A stretch of DNA of 54,733 bases, taken from assembly GCA_964437555.1 (NCBI GenBank), contig CAYTHI010000005.1:1-54733 (forward strand), in the 5' to 3' direction. Made by a program: the position numbers and the translations under genes. The notes beneath the pieces are model-generated. The model searched no databases. It was not told the origin of the DNA and was given only the letters and a program-made list of their open reading frames with translations. Origin of the DNA: Candidatus Woesearchaeota archaeon (GTDB taxonomy: Archaea > Nanobdellota > Nanobdellia > Pacearchaeales > GW2011-AR1). Positions 8,623 through 17,222 of the stretch are shown piece after piece (positions within the stretch are counted from its first letter, which is position 1; each line of letters begins with the position of its first letter).

Positions 8623-9546
8623 TTATTTCTTTATAAATTTTGTATATGCAAAACCAGTAATTTTTGCAATTCTTTTTATAATCGAGTTCAGATTAATATC
8701 GGGAAATTTGTAATCTTTCCAGGGAGTTTTGCGTAAACAGCGAATATATTCCCTTTTGTAAGGAACAGGATCAAGGAAAAACCAGGGCTTTAAAAAACCA
8801 GTGTAATGTATTATCTTTGGTTTTTCCATAATGCTATACATCTCTCTTCCTCCTCCGCTTGCATTATGTATGAAAGGGATATATTTATAATAAAAAATCT
8901 TTGTCAAAACATTCCAGGACAAATCTATTTTTCTCCATTTGCCAGCTAACGCCATATTAAGTCCATCCTGGTCTGCAAATTCAGTTTTATCCGGATTTTC
9001 TCTTATAAAACTTATTGCTTTTTGTGTTATTCTGTTTTTTTTCCACTTTTTAATATCCACTAAAAGTATTCCGCTGTTAAAATAAGGAGTGCCAGCGCCT
9101 AAGCCAATTTTTATCCTGTTTTTTATAGGAAGGTCTAAATCCTCAACGGCAAAGATGATGTTGCCTTTGAACTTAAGGTCAAATAATTCTTTAACATCCC
9201 CTTTAATGATCATGTCAGAATCAATAGAAAGCAATTTCTTGGTTTTTACACTTTCTATGAGCGAAAACCTGTAATAAGTTTCCTTGCCAAATCGCTCTGA
9301 TATCTTTACTCCCTTTAATAATTCAATCTTAGGTTTTAAGTAATTTATGCTTGATTTGAATTTTTTTACTACTGAATCTAATTTTTTCTTGTTTTTATCA
9401 GAAATATCGCTGTCCACTACATGTATTCTTATTCTTTCAGGGCACGAACAATTTTCCAGAAGCGAATATAAAGTTACTCCCAGATGCTGTGCGTATGCAT
9501 CGTTAGCCAGGCACCCAACATCCAGATATTCAAATTTAGAAGTCAT
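8623..9546 (-). CDS. GT8 family glycosyltransferase
   Basis: TYYRF, IDSDM, YFNSGILL, DQDGLN, IIHYTG..KPW. Confidence 0.9.
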   Translation of the reverse strand: MTSKFEYLDVGCLANDAYAQHLGVTLYSLLENCSCPERIRIHVVDSDISDKNKKKLDSVVKKFKSSINYLKPKIELLKGVKISERFGKETYYRFSLIESVKTKKLLSIDSDMIIKGDVKELFDLKFKGNIIFAVEDLDLPIKNRIKIGLGAGTPYFNSGILLVDIKKWKKNRITQKAISFIRENPDKTEFADQDGLNMALAGKWRKIDLSWNVLTKIFYYKYIPFIHNASGGGREMYSIMEKPKIIHYTGFLKPWFFLDPVPYKREYIRCLRKTPWKDYKFPDINLNSIIKRIAKITGFAYTKFIKK

Positions 9547-10559
9547 TTATCCTGCTTCCATTGGGCCTCATCAACAATTTTTTTCTGTTTTAGCGGCCCC
9601 CACCAAGAAGCATTGTTCTTATACCATAAGATGGTTTCATGCATCCCTTTATCAAAGTCCACTTCTGGTTTCCATCCAAGCTCAGATGATATCTTTGAGG
9701 AGTCCAGCAAATATCTTCTGTCATGGCTCGGCCTGTCAGGAACATACTCTTTCATTGATTCCGGCTGATTCAGTAATTTCAGAATTATTTCAGTTATTTC
9801 TTCTATGCTTTTCTCAACTCCTGTTCCAACATTATATGTCTCTCCTGCTTTTCCTTTCTGGAGTATCATCTCTATTGCCCTGCAATGGTCTAAAACATGA
9901 ATCCATTCTCTTTTATTTTGGCTGCTTTTATAAAGAGGAATCTTCTTCCCGTCAATTAAATTTGATATAAAGAGAGGAATGAGTTTTTCAGGAAACTGAT
10001 ATGGCCCGTAATTATTTGCGCAATTTGAGATTGTTACAGGCAGATTAAAAGTTTTAAAATATGCCCTTACAGCAAGGTCTGCAGCAGCTTTGGAGGCGTT
10101 ATATGGAGTGTTTGGGTTGTAAGGGGTTTTTTCAGTAAATTTATCCTGGCTGTTTAAATCCATGTCTCCGTAAACCTCGCATGTTGAAATATGATGGAAT
10201 CTTTTTACATTGTTTATTCTTGCCACTTCCAAAAGATTCTGGGTTCCTAAAAGATTCGTTTTGAAAAAACTTGTTGGATTCAGTATGGCAAGGCTGTTAT
10301 GTGATTCTGCCGCAAAATTGACAATAAAGTCCGGCTGAAAATCTTTCACTAAATGATTAACAAGCTCAAAATTGCAGATATCGCCCTTCACAAATTTATA
10401 ATTAAGATTGTCCTTTAGATCATTAAGATTGTCAGGGTTTCCTGCATACGTCAGCAAATCAAGGTTTAATATTTTATCATCAGGATATTTTCCAAGCCAG
10501 TATCTTATGAAATTGCTGCCGATAAATCCTGCTCCTCCGGTAACCAATAGTTTTTTCAT
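9543..10559 (-). CDS. rfbB: dTDP-glucose 4,6-dehydratase
   Basis: GGAGFIGSNF, DLLTYAGN, AAESH, YNASK, NNYGPYQFPEKLIP, DRPSHDRRY. Confidence 0.92.
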   Translation of the reverse strand: MKKLLVTGGAGFIGSNFIRYWLGKYPDDKILNLDLLTYAGNPDNLNDLKDNLNYKFVKGDICNFELVNHLVKDFQPDFIVNFAAESHNSLAILNPTSFFKTNLLGTQNLLEVARINNVKRFHHISTCEVYGDMDLNSQDKFTEKTPYNPNTPYNASKAAADLAVRAYFKTFNLPVTISNCANNYGPYQFPEKLIPLFISNLIDGKKIPLYKSSQNKREWIHVLDHCRAIEMILQKGKAGETYNVGTGVEKSIEEITEIILKLLNQPESMKEYVPDRPSHDRRYLLDSSKISSELGWKPEVDFDKGMHETILWYKNNASWWGPLKQKKIVDEAQWKQDK

Positions 10560-10564
10560 GTTTT

Positions 10565-11569
10565 TTACAGCTCAATCCTTTTCTTATTGCTTGCTGAATC
10601 TCTCAAAGCCTGCATGGTTCTTGCCTGTATAGCAATTTCTTCATACTTTTCGTTTTTAAATTCTTTATTATTCTCTAAAACAGCTGTGCAGAATGCATTA
10701 AATCCTTCTTTGAACTGGTTTGCAGGTTGCGATTCAATTTTGCTGGTTATCTCCTGCATATTCTCATTTTTCATTAATATTATCTCTGGTTTAATATTCT
10801 TCGGGATTGAGTATGCCCTGTTTGTTTTAATTACACCTTCGCTTCCCCAAACAGAGTAGTTATTCTGATAAACTCTGTTGAATCCAAAAGAAACAAGCGC
10901 ACTCTTTCCGTTTGGAAATTCCATGAGTGCAGAGCCATTCATGTCTGCATTTATGCCTGGAGTAAAGTTAAGGGAGCATGTAACTGCCTGTGGAGCTTCT
11001 TCTAAAATCAGATTAGACATAAAAACAAGGTATGCTCCCATATCATTAAGGCTGCCTCCCCCGAGCTCATCTTTGTATCTGAAGTTATCTTTATTTAGGT
11101 GGGGCATGCCAAAATATCCTGTAAATGCAAAAACCTCTCCTAATTCTTTCTTTATTATTTCTTTTATTATTTGGTGCTGTGGATGATATGCACACATAAA
11201 GTTTTCAAAAAGCACAACATTATTCTTTTTGCATGCCTCAATTATTCTTAGAACTGAATCATAATTGTCCGAAATGGATTTTTCACAAATAACGTGCTTT
11301 TTCGCATTTGCAGCCTTAGTTGCCCATTCTTCATTAAGCTTTGTAGGCAGGGCGATATACAAAGCATCTAGGTCCTTGTTATTAATAATCTCCCCATAAT
11401 CTCCTGAAAAAGGAATTGAAAATTCTTCAGCCCATGCTTTGGCTTTATTTTTATCTCTGCTTCCTATACCCGCCAGTTCTGCGCTTTCTAGTTCTTTAAA
11501 TGCGGAAATTGCATGTTTTCTTGCTACATTTCCACAGCCCAAAATGCCGATTCTTACTTTTTCACTCAT
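10565..11569 (-). CDS. Gfo/Idh/MocA oxidoreductase, probable NDP-hexose 3-ketoreductase
   Basis: GILGCGNVA, KHVICEK, ENFM..YHPQH, GGGSLND.G.Y; next to a 2,3-dehydratase. Confidence 0.8.
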   Translation of the reverse strand: MSEKVRIGILGCGNVARKHAISAFKELESAELAGIGSRDKNKAKAWAEEFSIPFSGDYGEIINNKDLDALYIALPTKLNEEWATKAANAKKHVICEKSISDNYDSVLRIIEACKKNNVVLFENFMCAYHPQHQIIKEIIKKELGEVFAFTGYFGMPHLNKDNFRYKDELGGGSLNDMGAYLVFMSNLILEEAPQAVTCSLNFTPGINADMNGSALMEFPNGKSALVSFGFNRVYQNNYSVWGSEGVIKTNRAYSIPKNIKPEIILMKNENMQEITSKIESQPANQFKEGFNAFCTAVLENNKEFKNEKYEEIAIQARTMQALRDSASNKKRIEL

Positions 11570-11628
11570 TGAAAAACGAATAGGAGTGGTTTTTTATATC
11601 TTCCTATATTTGTTTAGAGAATAACTGC

Positions 11629-11652
11629 TGCCCAAAGAGCAAGTTCGGGGCA
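11629..11652 (-). terminator. GC-rich hairpin after the 2,3-dehydratase stop (terminator or processing signal)
   Basis: TGCCC...GGGCA inverted repeat in the 11570-11657 spacer. Confidence 0.3.
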
Positions 11653-11657
11653 AATAA

Positions 11658-12413
11658 TTACAAACTTCCGACTATGCTTCTTACAAGAGAATTTACCACG
11701 TTATCTATTTTCAGGAGTTCTTTAAGCTGAGCTAATGTAACCCAAACATATTCTTCAGGAACTTCCACATTTTCATCCTCAGGAACTTCCACAATCATAT
11801 TTCTATTAGTCTTCAAATAGAATCTCCCCCCGTCTTCCACAGATACAACTGAGGTCAGAACTTTGCCTCTTTCGCTATTCTCAAAATACTCCGCAAATCT
11901 CGGTTTCCTGCCTCCATGAGCCAGCTTCAAATTGCTTTCAGTTGCCTGTAATGTAGGAGACAATTGAAGCTTATACATATTTCCAGGTTCATATTTGGCA
12001 TAAAGAAGGTAATGTCGCACTCCGTTAATTTTTTTCGCCAGTATCCCGAGAATTCCGCACTCCTGCTGTTTTATTATGGGTTGTGTCCAGGACGGCACTT
12101 CTCTGTCTGCTGCTCCCCTTACTCTAACACCAATTACAGAAAAAAATCTTCCGGAGTCATGCGTAATTATTCCGGTTTCGGGATGAACTTTCCATTTGTC
12201 CAATTCATTTATTCCTATTTCTTCTGTTTTTATACTGCAGGCTGCCCTTCTCTTTTCCAGCCAATTTAATATCTCTGAAATATCTTCCCCCCCTTCCGAT
12301 GTTTCTAATAAAGAATCAACTGCCATCAGTGTCTCTTCCGACAGATTTCTTCCATTCTTTTCCAGAAGCCTTGTTATTTCCGCTTTTAAAATTTTTTTAT
12401 TTTCGTTTATCAT
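11658..12413 (-). CDS. NDP-hexose 2,3-dehydratase (single-domain)
   Basis: HDSGRFFSVIG, WTQPII.Q.E.GILG, EPGN...LQLSPTLQATESN, EDGGRFY.K.NRNMIV. Confidence 0.88.
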   Translation of the reverse strand: MINENKKILKAEITRLLEKNGRNLSEETLMAVDSLLETSEGGEDISEILNWLEKRRAACSIKTEEIGINELDKWKVHPETGIITHDSGRFFSVIGVRVRGAADREVPSWTQPIIKQQECGILGILAKKINGVRHYLLYAKYEPGNMYKLQLSPTLQATESNLKLAHGGRKPRFAEYFENSERGKVLTSVVSVEDGGRFYLKTNRNMIVEVPEDENVEVPEEYVWVTLAQLKELLKIDNVVNSLVRSIVGSL

Positions 12414-13234
12414 ATTCTTTGATGCTTTCTTAATTCAATAAGCTTGCTTTCAACTTCTTCTATCATTTTTCTTATTTGTTCTTGTGAGATAGGAGGAGCT
12501 TCTGGCCCGGTCTCCTGCTTTTCTATAGTTTCCATTATCATCTTGTTCGCATACAATAAAGATTCAAAAGTTCCTGCATCAGTCCATTCCCCGCTAAGTA
12601 CTTCATAATTCAGCTCTCCAAGTCTTATATACTCATTAATGACATCTGTAATCTCATACTCTCCTCTGGCGGAAGGTCTCATTTTTGAGATAATATCAAA
12701 AACTTTTTCGTCATACAGATAATAACCGATAACTGCAAGGTCTGTTTTTGGCTGTTTAGGCTTCTCTTCTATTTCAACAATCTTCTCTCCTTCCAGTGTG
12801 GCTACACCATATCTTGATGGGTCGCTTACCTTCTTCAGTAAAATTCTGGCCCCTTTTCCCTGTTTAAGAAAATTTTCAACAGCAGAGTTCAATGAGCCAG
12901 TCGTAATCTGATCCCCGAGGATTACAAGTATTTTTTCGCCTTTGGCAAAATCTCTGGCTAAATTGAGCGCATGCGCTATTCCAGCCGCAGTTTCTTGCAC
13001 TCTATAAGTGAGGTTTACCCCAAGTTCCTTGCCACTTCCTAAAAGGCCAACAATATCCCCCATGTGCTCCGTGCTTGTAATAATCATTATATCTATTATC
13101 CCAACCTCTCTCAATTTTTTTATGGGGTTAAAAATCATAGGTTCATTTCCAACAGGAAGAAGGTGCTTATTTGTCACTTTTGTCAATGGATAAAGTCTCA
13201 AACCTTTCCCTCCAGCCAGAATAATCCCTTTCAT
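12410..13234 (-). CDS. rfbA: Glucose-1-phosphate thymidylyltransferase
   Basis: MKGIILAGGKGLRLYPLT..NKHLLP, EEKP, SARGEYEITD, WTDAGT; true start at 13234. Confidence 0.9.
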   Translation of the reverse strand: MKGIILAGGKGLRLYPLTKVTNKHLLPVGNEPMIFNPIKKLREVGIIDIMIITSTEHMGDIVGLLGSGKELGVNLTYRVQETAAGIAHALNLARDFAKGEKILVILGDQITTGSLNSAVENFLKQGKGARILLKKVSDPSRYGVATLEGEKIVEIEEKPKQPKTDLAVIGYYLYDEKVFDIISKMRPSARGEYEITDVINEYIRLGELNYEVLSGEWTDAGTFESLLYANKMIMETIEKQETGPEAPPISQEQIRKMIEEVESKLIELRKHQRI

Positions 13235-13299
13235 CTTACGCTTAGGGCATTCCATGCCTTTAAATACTTTATTCTGGTATAATCTATACTCCTTCTTTG

Positions 13300-14487
13300 T
13301 TAGAATTTTGCCAGCAAATCTGAGAATTTTCCGAGCATATAATTCATCTCTTCTTCCGTGAGCCCATGATGGCATCCTATAAGAAATGAGCCTTTCATTA
13401 TTTGGTCAGTAACAGGGAATTCTTCAGGAGACTGATTATTGCATTTCTTAAATGCAGGGTGCCTTAAAATGTTTCCGCTGAATACCGGCCTGGTCTGAAT
13501 ATCATTCTTCTCAAGGTAAATTGTCACTTGATCCCTTGTGAATGGAGCATCGGGTTTTATTGTTAGTGGAAATGCCAGCCATGCCGTCTTAACCTCTTGA
13601 AGCTGTTTAGGCAGAATGAAAAATCTTTCATATCTGGAAAAAAAATCAACAAGTTTGTTATAATTGTCAATTCTTATTCCAATGAATCCATCCAGTTTTT
13701 TAAGCTGCTCAAGACCAAAAGCCGCATTCAAGTCTCCAGCAAGAAAATTATATCCAATATCAGAATATATGAATTTGGAATCATATTTTATTCCGTCTAT
13801 TTCAAAGCCGAATCGTTTATCTAAGTCCTCGGATTCGTCTGCAGCAGATGATCTGCCCCAACCCCTTAGAATTTTACATTTGATTTTCCAGTTATCGTCA
13901 TTCATGCACACCATTCCTCCTGTTCCTCCGGCAGTTATTACATGGGAAGCATAAAAACTTGTAGTTGTTATATCAGAGTATTTTCCTGTTGGAAGTCCAT
14001 CAAAACTTGCTCCAAGAGTATCGCAGGAATCTTCTATGAAAATCAAAGAATTTTCATCACAGATTTTTCTTAGTTCTTTCATATCAGGGACATTCCCAAT
14101 AAGAGAAGGAATCATCAGAACTTTTGTTTTGTTGGTTATTTTTTCCCTTATCTTGCTGATGTCAATTTGATAAGATCCTACTTCGCTGTCAATAAAAACC
14201 GGTTTTAATCCGCATTGAATAATCGGAGCAGCGGTTGTGGAATAAGTAAGAATAGGGGTTATAACTTCAGAACCCTCAGGCAAACCAAGAATTCTTAGCG
14301 CAAGCAAATTAGCAGATGACCCAGAATTAACCATAACTCCATATTTCTTTCCGAATATTTTTGCAATACTCTCTTCAAAATCGCTTGTTTTCCTGCCTCC
14401 AACCAATATCTTTTGATTTCTTAAAACATCAAGAACGGCATTTTCTTCTTCAAGTCCATAAACTGCCTTTGCATAATTTACTCTCAT
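13300..14487 (-). CDS. PMP/PLP-dependent NDP-4-keto-6-deoxyhexose 3-dehydratase (RfbH/ColD/SpnQ-like, DegT family)
   Basis: VNSGSSANL, EDSCD, SFYASHVIT.G.GG (His where aminotransferases have Lys), WGR, YDSKFIY..IGYN, TRPVFSGN. Confidence 0.82.
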   Translation of the reverse strand: MRVNYAKAVYGLEEENAVLDVLRNQKILVGGRKTSDFEESIAKIFGKKYGVMVNSGSSANLLALRILGLPEGSEVITPILTYSTTAAPIIQCGLKPVFIDSEVGSYQIDISKIREKITNKTKVLMIPSLIGNVPDMKELRKICDENSLIFIEDSCDTLGASFDGLPTGKYSDITTTSFYASHVITAGGTGGMVCMNDDNWKIKCKILRGWGRSSAADESEDLDKRFGFEIDGIKYDSKFIYSDIGYNFLAGDLNAAFGLEQLKKLDGFIGIRIDNYNKLVDFFSRYERFFILPKQLQEVKTAWLAFPLTIKPDAPFTRDQVTIYLEKNDIQTRPVFSGNILRHPAFKKCNNQSPEEFPVTDQIMKGSFLIGCHHGLTEEEMNYMLGKFSDLLAKF

Positions 14488-14592
14488 TGTTTTTAACCTA
14501 AAAACCTAACAAGAGGCTCGTTTTTAAATATTTCTCCGCCCATAGGCAACCCAAATAGATACTTATTTAAATAAAATTCTCTGCGGATATTT

Positions 14593-15534
14593 ATGCTGAA
14601 TAAGAAGATACTTGTTACAGGAGGAGCAGGATTTATAGGGAGCAATTTAGTTGAAAAGCTAATATTATTAGGCGCAAAAGTGTTTGTTCTGGTTAGAGAA
14701 AACACTGATTTATGGCGCTTAAATCCAGTGATGAATAAAATTTCTTTATACGAGGCTGACTTTTTGAACTACAATAATCTAAAAGAAACTATGGATAAAA
14801 TAAATCCTGAGATTATCTTTAATTGTATGGCAGATATTAGGGTAAAGAGGGATTCCGAATTATTAAACCATATGATTAATAACAATTTTAATTCTACTTT
14901 AAACTTGATTAAAGCAACAAAAAAAGATAGTTTGAAATTATTTATCAATTTTGGAACTTGTGAAGAATATGGAGACGGAAAGGTTCCTTTTCGCGAAAGT
15001 CAAAAAGAAATTCCTGTTTCTCCATATTCCCTATCCAAGACAATGTCTACTTACCTTTCATCTTATCTTGCAAAAATAGAAAATTTTCCTATAATAACAG
15101 TTCGTCCCTTCTTGACTTATGGACCAAGGCAGATAAATGATCAGTTAATACCTTTTATGATAAGATCCATGCTAAGAGGGGAAAAGGTTAATGCGGGAAA
15201 AATGGAGCAAACAAGGGACTTTATTCACATTGATGATGTTGTTTCTGCTCTTGTGAAAATTCCAGTTTCAGAGATAAAGAATGGAGAAATAATTAATATC
15301 TGCTCAGGAAAGGAAATCCAGATTAAGGAAGTCGTGATGAAAATTTGTGAATTAACAGGAAGGTCTTTTAAAGAATACGTAGAAACCAGCGCCCCCTATA
15401 GAATTGGGGAGATGATGAACTTTTATGGGTCCAATGAAAAAGCAAAAAAACTTCTGAGTTGGGAGCCGAAAATACCCTTAGATGAAGGATTAAAAGAAAC
15501 AGTTGAATGGTATAGAAAACATTTGGCAGGCTGA
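14593..15534 (+). CDS. NAD-dependent epimerase/reductase (extended SDR), possible NDP-sugar 4-ketoreductase
   Basis: GGAGFIG, GTCEEYG, PYSLSK, TYGP, RDFIHIDD. Confidence 0.82.
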   Translation: MLNKKILVTGGAGFIGSNLVEKLILLGAKVFVLVRENTDLWRLNPVMNKISLYEADFLNYNNLKETMDKINPEIIFNCMADIRVKRDSELLNHMINNNFNSTLNLIKATKKDSLKLFINFGTCEEYGDGKVPFRESQKEIPVSPYSLSKTMSTYLSSYLAKIENFPIITVRPFLTYGPRQINDQLIPFMIRSMLRGEKVNAGKMEQTRDFIHIDDVVSALVKIPVSEIKNGEIINICSGKEIQIKEVVMKICELTGRSFKEYVETSAPYRIGEMMNFYGSNEKAKKLLSWEPKIPLDEGLKETVEWYRKHLAG

Positions 15535-15551
15535 TTTTTCCCTGCATTATA

Positions 15552-16376
15552 TCATCTAATTTTACCAAACATCAATCCCAAAAATGCTCCTAAAAACTCG
15601 CTAAATTTTAGTATTATGAATCCTACTGTAAGGATAGGATGCCTGACGAATAGCTTCCAATTTTTTGCGTAAGCCGGTCTGAATGGAGTTAATTGTTTTT
15701 TTGAAAGCTCGTTATTCTTTTTTATATAAGCAGCAAATGTTCGGCCATAATTAAACATTTTTTCAAAATTCTTGATTAAATCTTTTTTGCCTGTATGATG
15801 TGCGATCATATAATCTGCATAGCCAACGGTTCCGACTTTTCTAACCCTATTTGTTATATCCCAATCTTCCCCAGATTCAATTTTTGGATCAAAACCTCCT
15901 ATTTTATCGAATGTTTTTTTACTGATAAATCTGGTTACCTCCATATAAGGGTCATTTATCATGGCCTCTTTTTCAAGAGCCCTGCACTTTGACCAGAAAT
16001 TTAAAGCGATGTCTTTTTCATGTATAATAAGTGCGGAATGGCCTCCCTTTTTTACAATCTCTATGCAATTTTCTATCAGCTTAGGGTGAAGCTCCTGATC
16101 AGAGTCTAAATTTAACAAAAATTCCCCCCTGCTTTTTTTAGTCCCAATATTTCTTGATATTGAAGGAGGAGAATAAAATTTTGGTTTTTCTCTAACTATT
16201 ATTTTTTTAGTAAATTTTTTTGCTATCTCCACAGTTTTATCCAGGCTTGATTGGTCAACAACAATAGTCTCTATGTTCTTGTAAGTTTGTTTTTTGATGG
16301 ATTTCAGACATCTTTCTATGTTTTTCTCCGCACAATATGTGGGGATTATTATCGTAACAAGGGGGTTCTTTCTCAT
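15552..16376 (-). CDS. GT2 family glycosyltransferase
   Basis: IIIPTY, VVDQSS.D, SRNIG, LDSD, GGFD...GEDWD. Confidence 0.88.
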   Translation of the reverse strand: MRKNPLVTIIIPTYCAEKNIERCLKSIKKQTYKNIETIVVDQSSLDKTVEIAKKFTKKIIVREKPKFYSPPSISRNIGTKKSRGEFLLNLDSDQELHPKLIENCIEIVKKGGHSALIIHEKDIALNFWSKCRALEKEAMINDPYMEVTRFISKKTFDKIGGFDPKIESGEDWDITNRVRKVGTVGYADYMIAHHTGKKDLIKNFEKMFNYGRTFAAYIKKNNELSKKQLTPFRPAYAKNWKLFVRHPILTVGFIILKFSEFLGAFLGLMFGKIR

Positions 16377-17149
16377 TTTGGTACAAATCCTATAAGCTTA
16401 TCGTAAATCCTAATAAATTTTTGGAAAGGAGAGTTTATAATTCTTAGACGGATGACTGCTATTGCCATCCAAGGTCCAGCTTTCCAAAAATTTATTGTTG
16501 AATATTTCTCATCGCTCCATATAGTGGGGCAGGATATTACTTTTAATCCAAGCTTTCTAATGTTATAAAGCAAGTCCACATCAAAGGCCCATTGTGACAT
16601 ACCAAGTTTCGGAAGAACTTTTTCAATTGCCCTTCTGGTAAATAGTTTGGCGCCACATTGAGTATCTTCAAAAGGCACAAGAAGCACAAGCCTTATAAGA
16701 AGGTTAAAAATTTTTCTGGCCATCAATCTCTGAATTGTTGGGAGGGGAATTATTCTTGAGCCTTTTATATACCTATTGGCAATAACCCCATCGTTCATTC
16801 TGATTACATGGTACAGCCTAAAGAATTGATCAGGAGAGGTTGCAAGATCAGCATCAGCAAATCCGATAAAGTCATGCCCTTCTTTTAACAGTTGCTTGAA
16901 ACTTTCTATTACTGCATAGCCCTTGCCTCCTCTTTTCAAGTTGATATATTCTATAAAATTATACTTTTCTGAATAACTCTTAACGATGTCTTCAGTTTTA
17001 TCAGAGGTATTATTTATTGCAACAAGAATTTTTGTGTCTATATCAAATTGCACTTTAATTTTACTGAAGAAACTTCCATAAGCCTCCAAAGTTCTTCCGA
17101 TTCTCAGTTCTTCATTATACGCCGGCATTACAATAGCCAATTTTTGCAT
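16373..17149 (-). CDS. Dolichyl-phosphate hexose synthase-like GT2
   Basis: PAYNEE, GKGYAV, DADL, DTQCGAKLF, WAFDVDLL. Confidence 0.85.
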   Translation of the reverse strand: MQKLAIVMPAYNEELRIGRTLEAYGSFFSKIKVQFDIDTKILVAINNTSDKTEDIVKSYSEKYNFIEYINLKRGGKGYAVIESFKQLLKEGHDFIGFADADLATSPDQFFRLYHVIRMNDGVIANRYIKGSRIIPLPTIQRLMARKIFNLLIRLVLLVPFEDTQCGAKLFTRRAIEKVLPKLGMSQWAFDVDLLYNIRKLGLKVISCPTIWSDEKYSTINFWKAGPWMAIAVIRLRIINSPFQKFIRIYDKLIGFVPK

Positions 17150-17222
17150 AATTTTTCCTATTTTATGAGAATTTAAAGATATCTGTTCTCACTATATTTT
17201 TATACTCTTTTGGAGATAAATA

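Noticed and set aside
9347-9970. 207-aa + strand ORF and the many other 60-190 aa antisense ORFs (e.g. 36871-37437, 31199-31666, 27070-27468)
   Set aside because: Shadows of well-supported genes on the opposite strand, with Phe/Leu/Ser-rich composition typical of antisense frames
13235-13375. 47-aa N-terminal extension of rfbA in the ORF track
   Set aside because: Overlaps the upstream gene; the family starts at MKGIILAGG (13234), which has its own TATA
14494-14509. AACCTAA tandem copy in the divergent promoter region
   Set aside because: Short, AT-rich and only two copies; expected by chance
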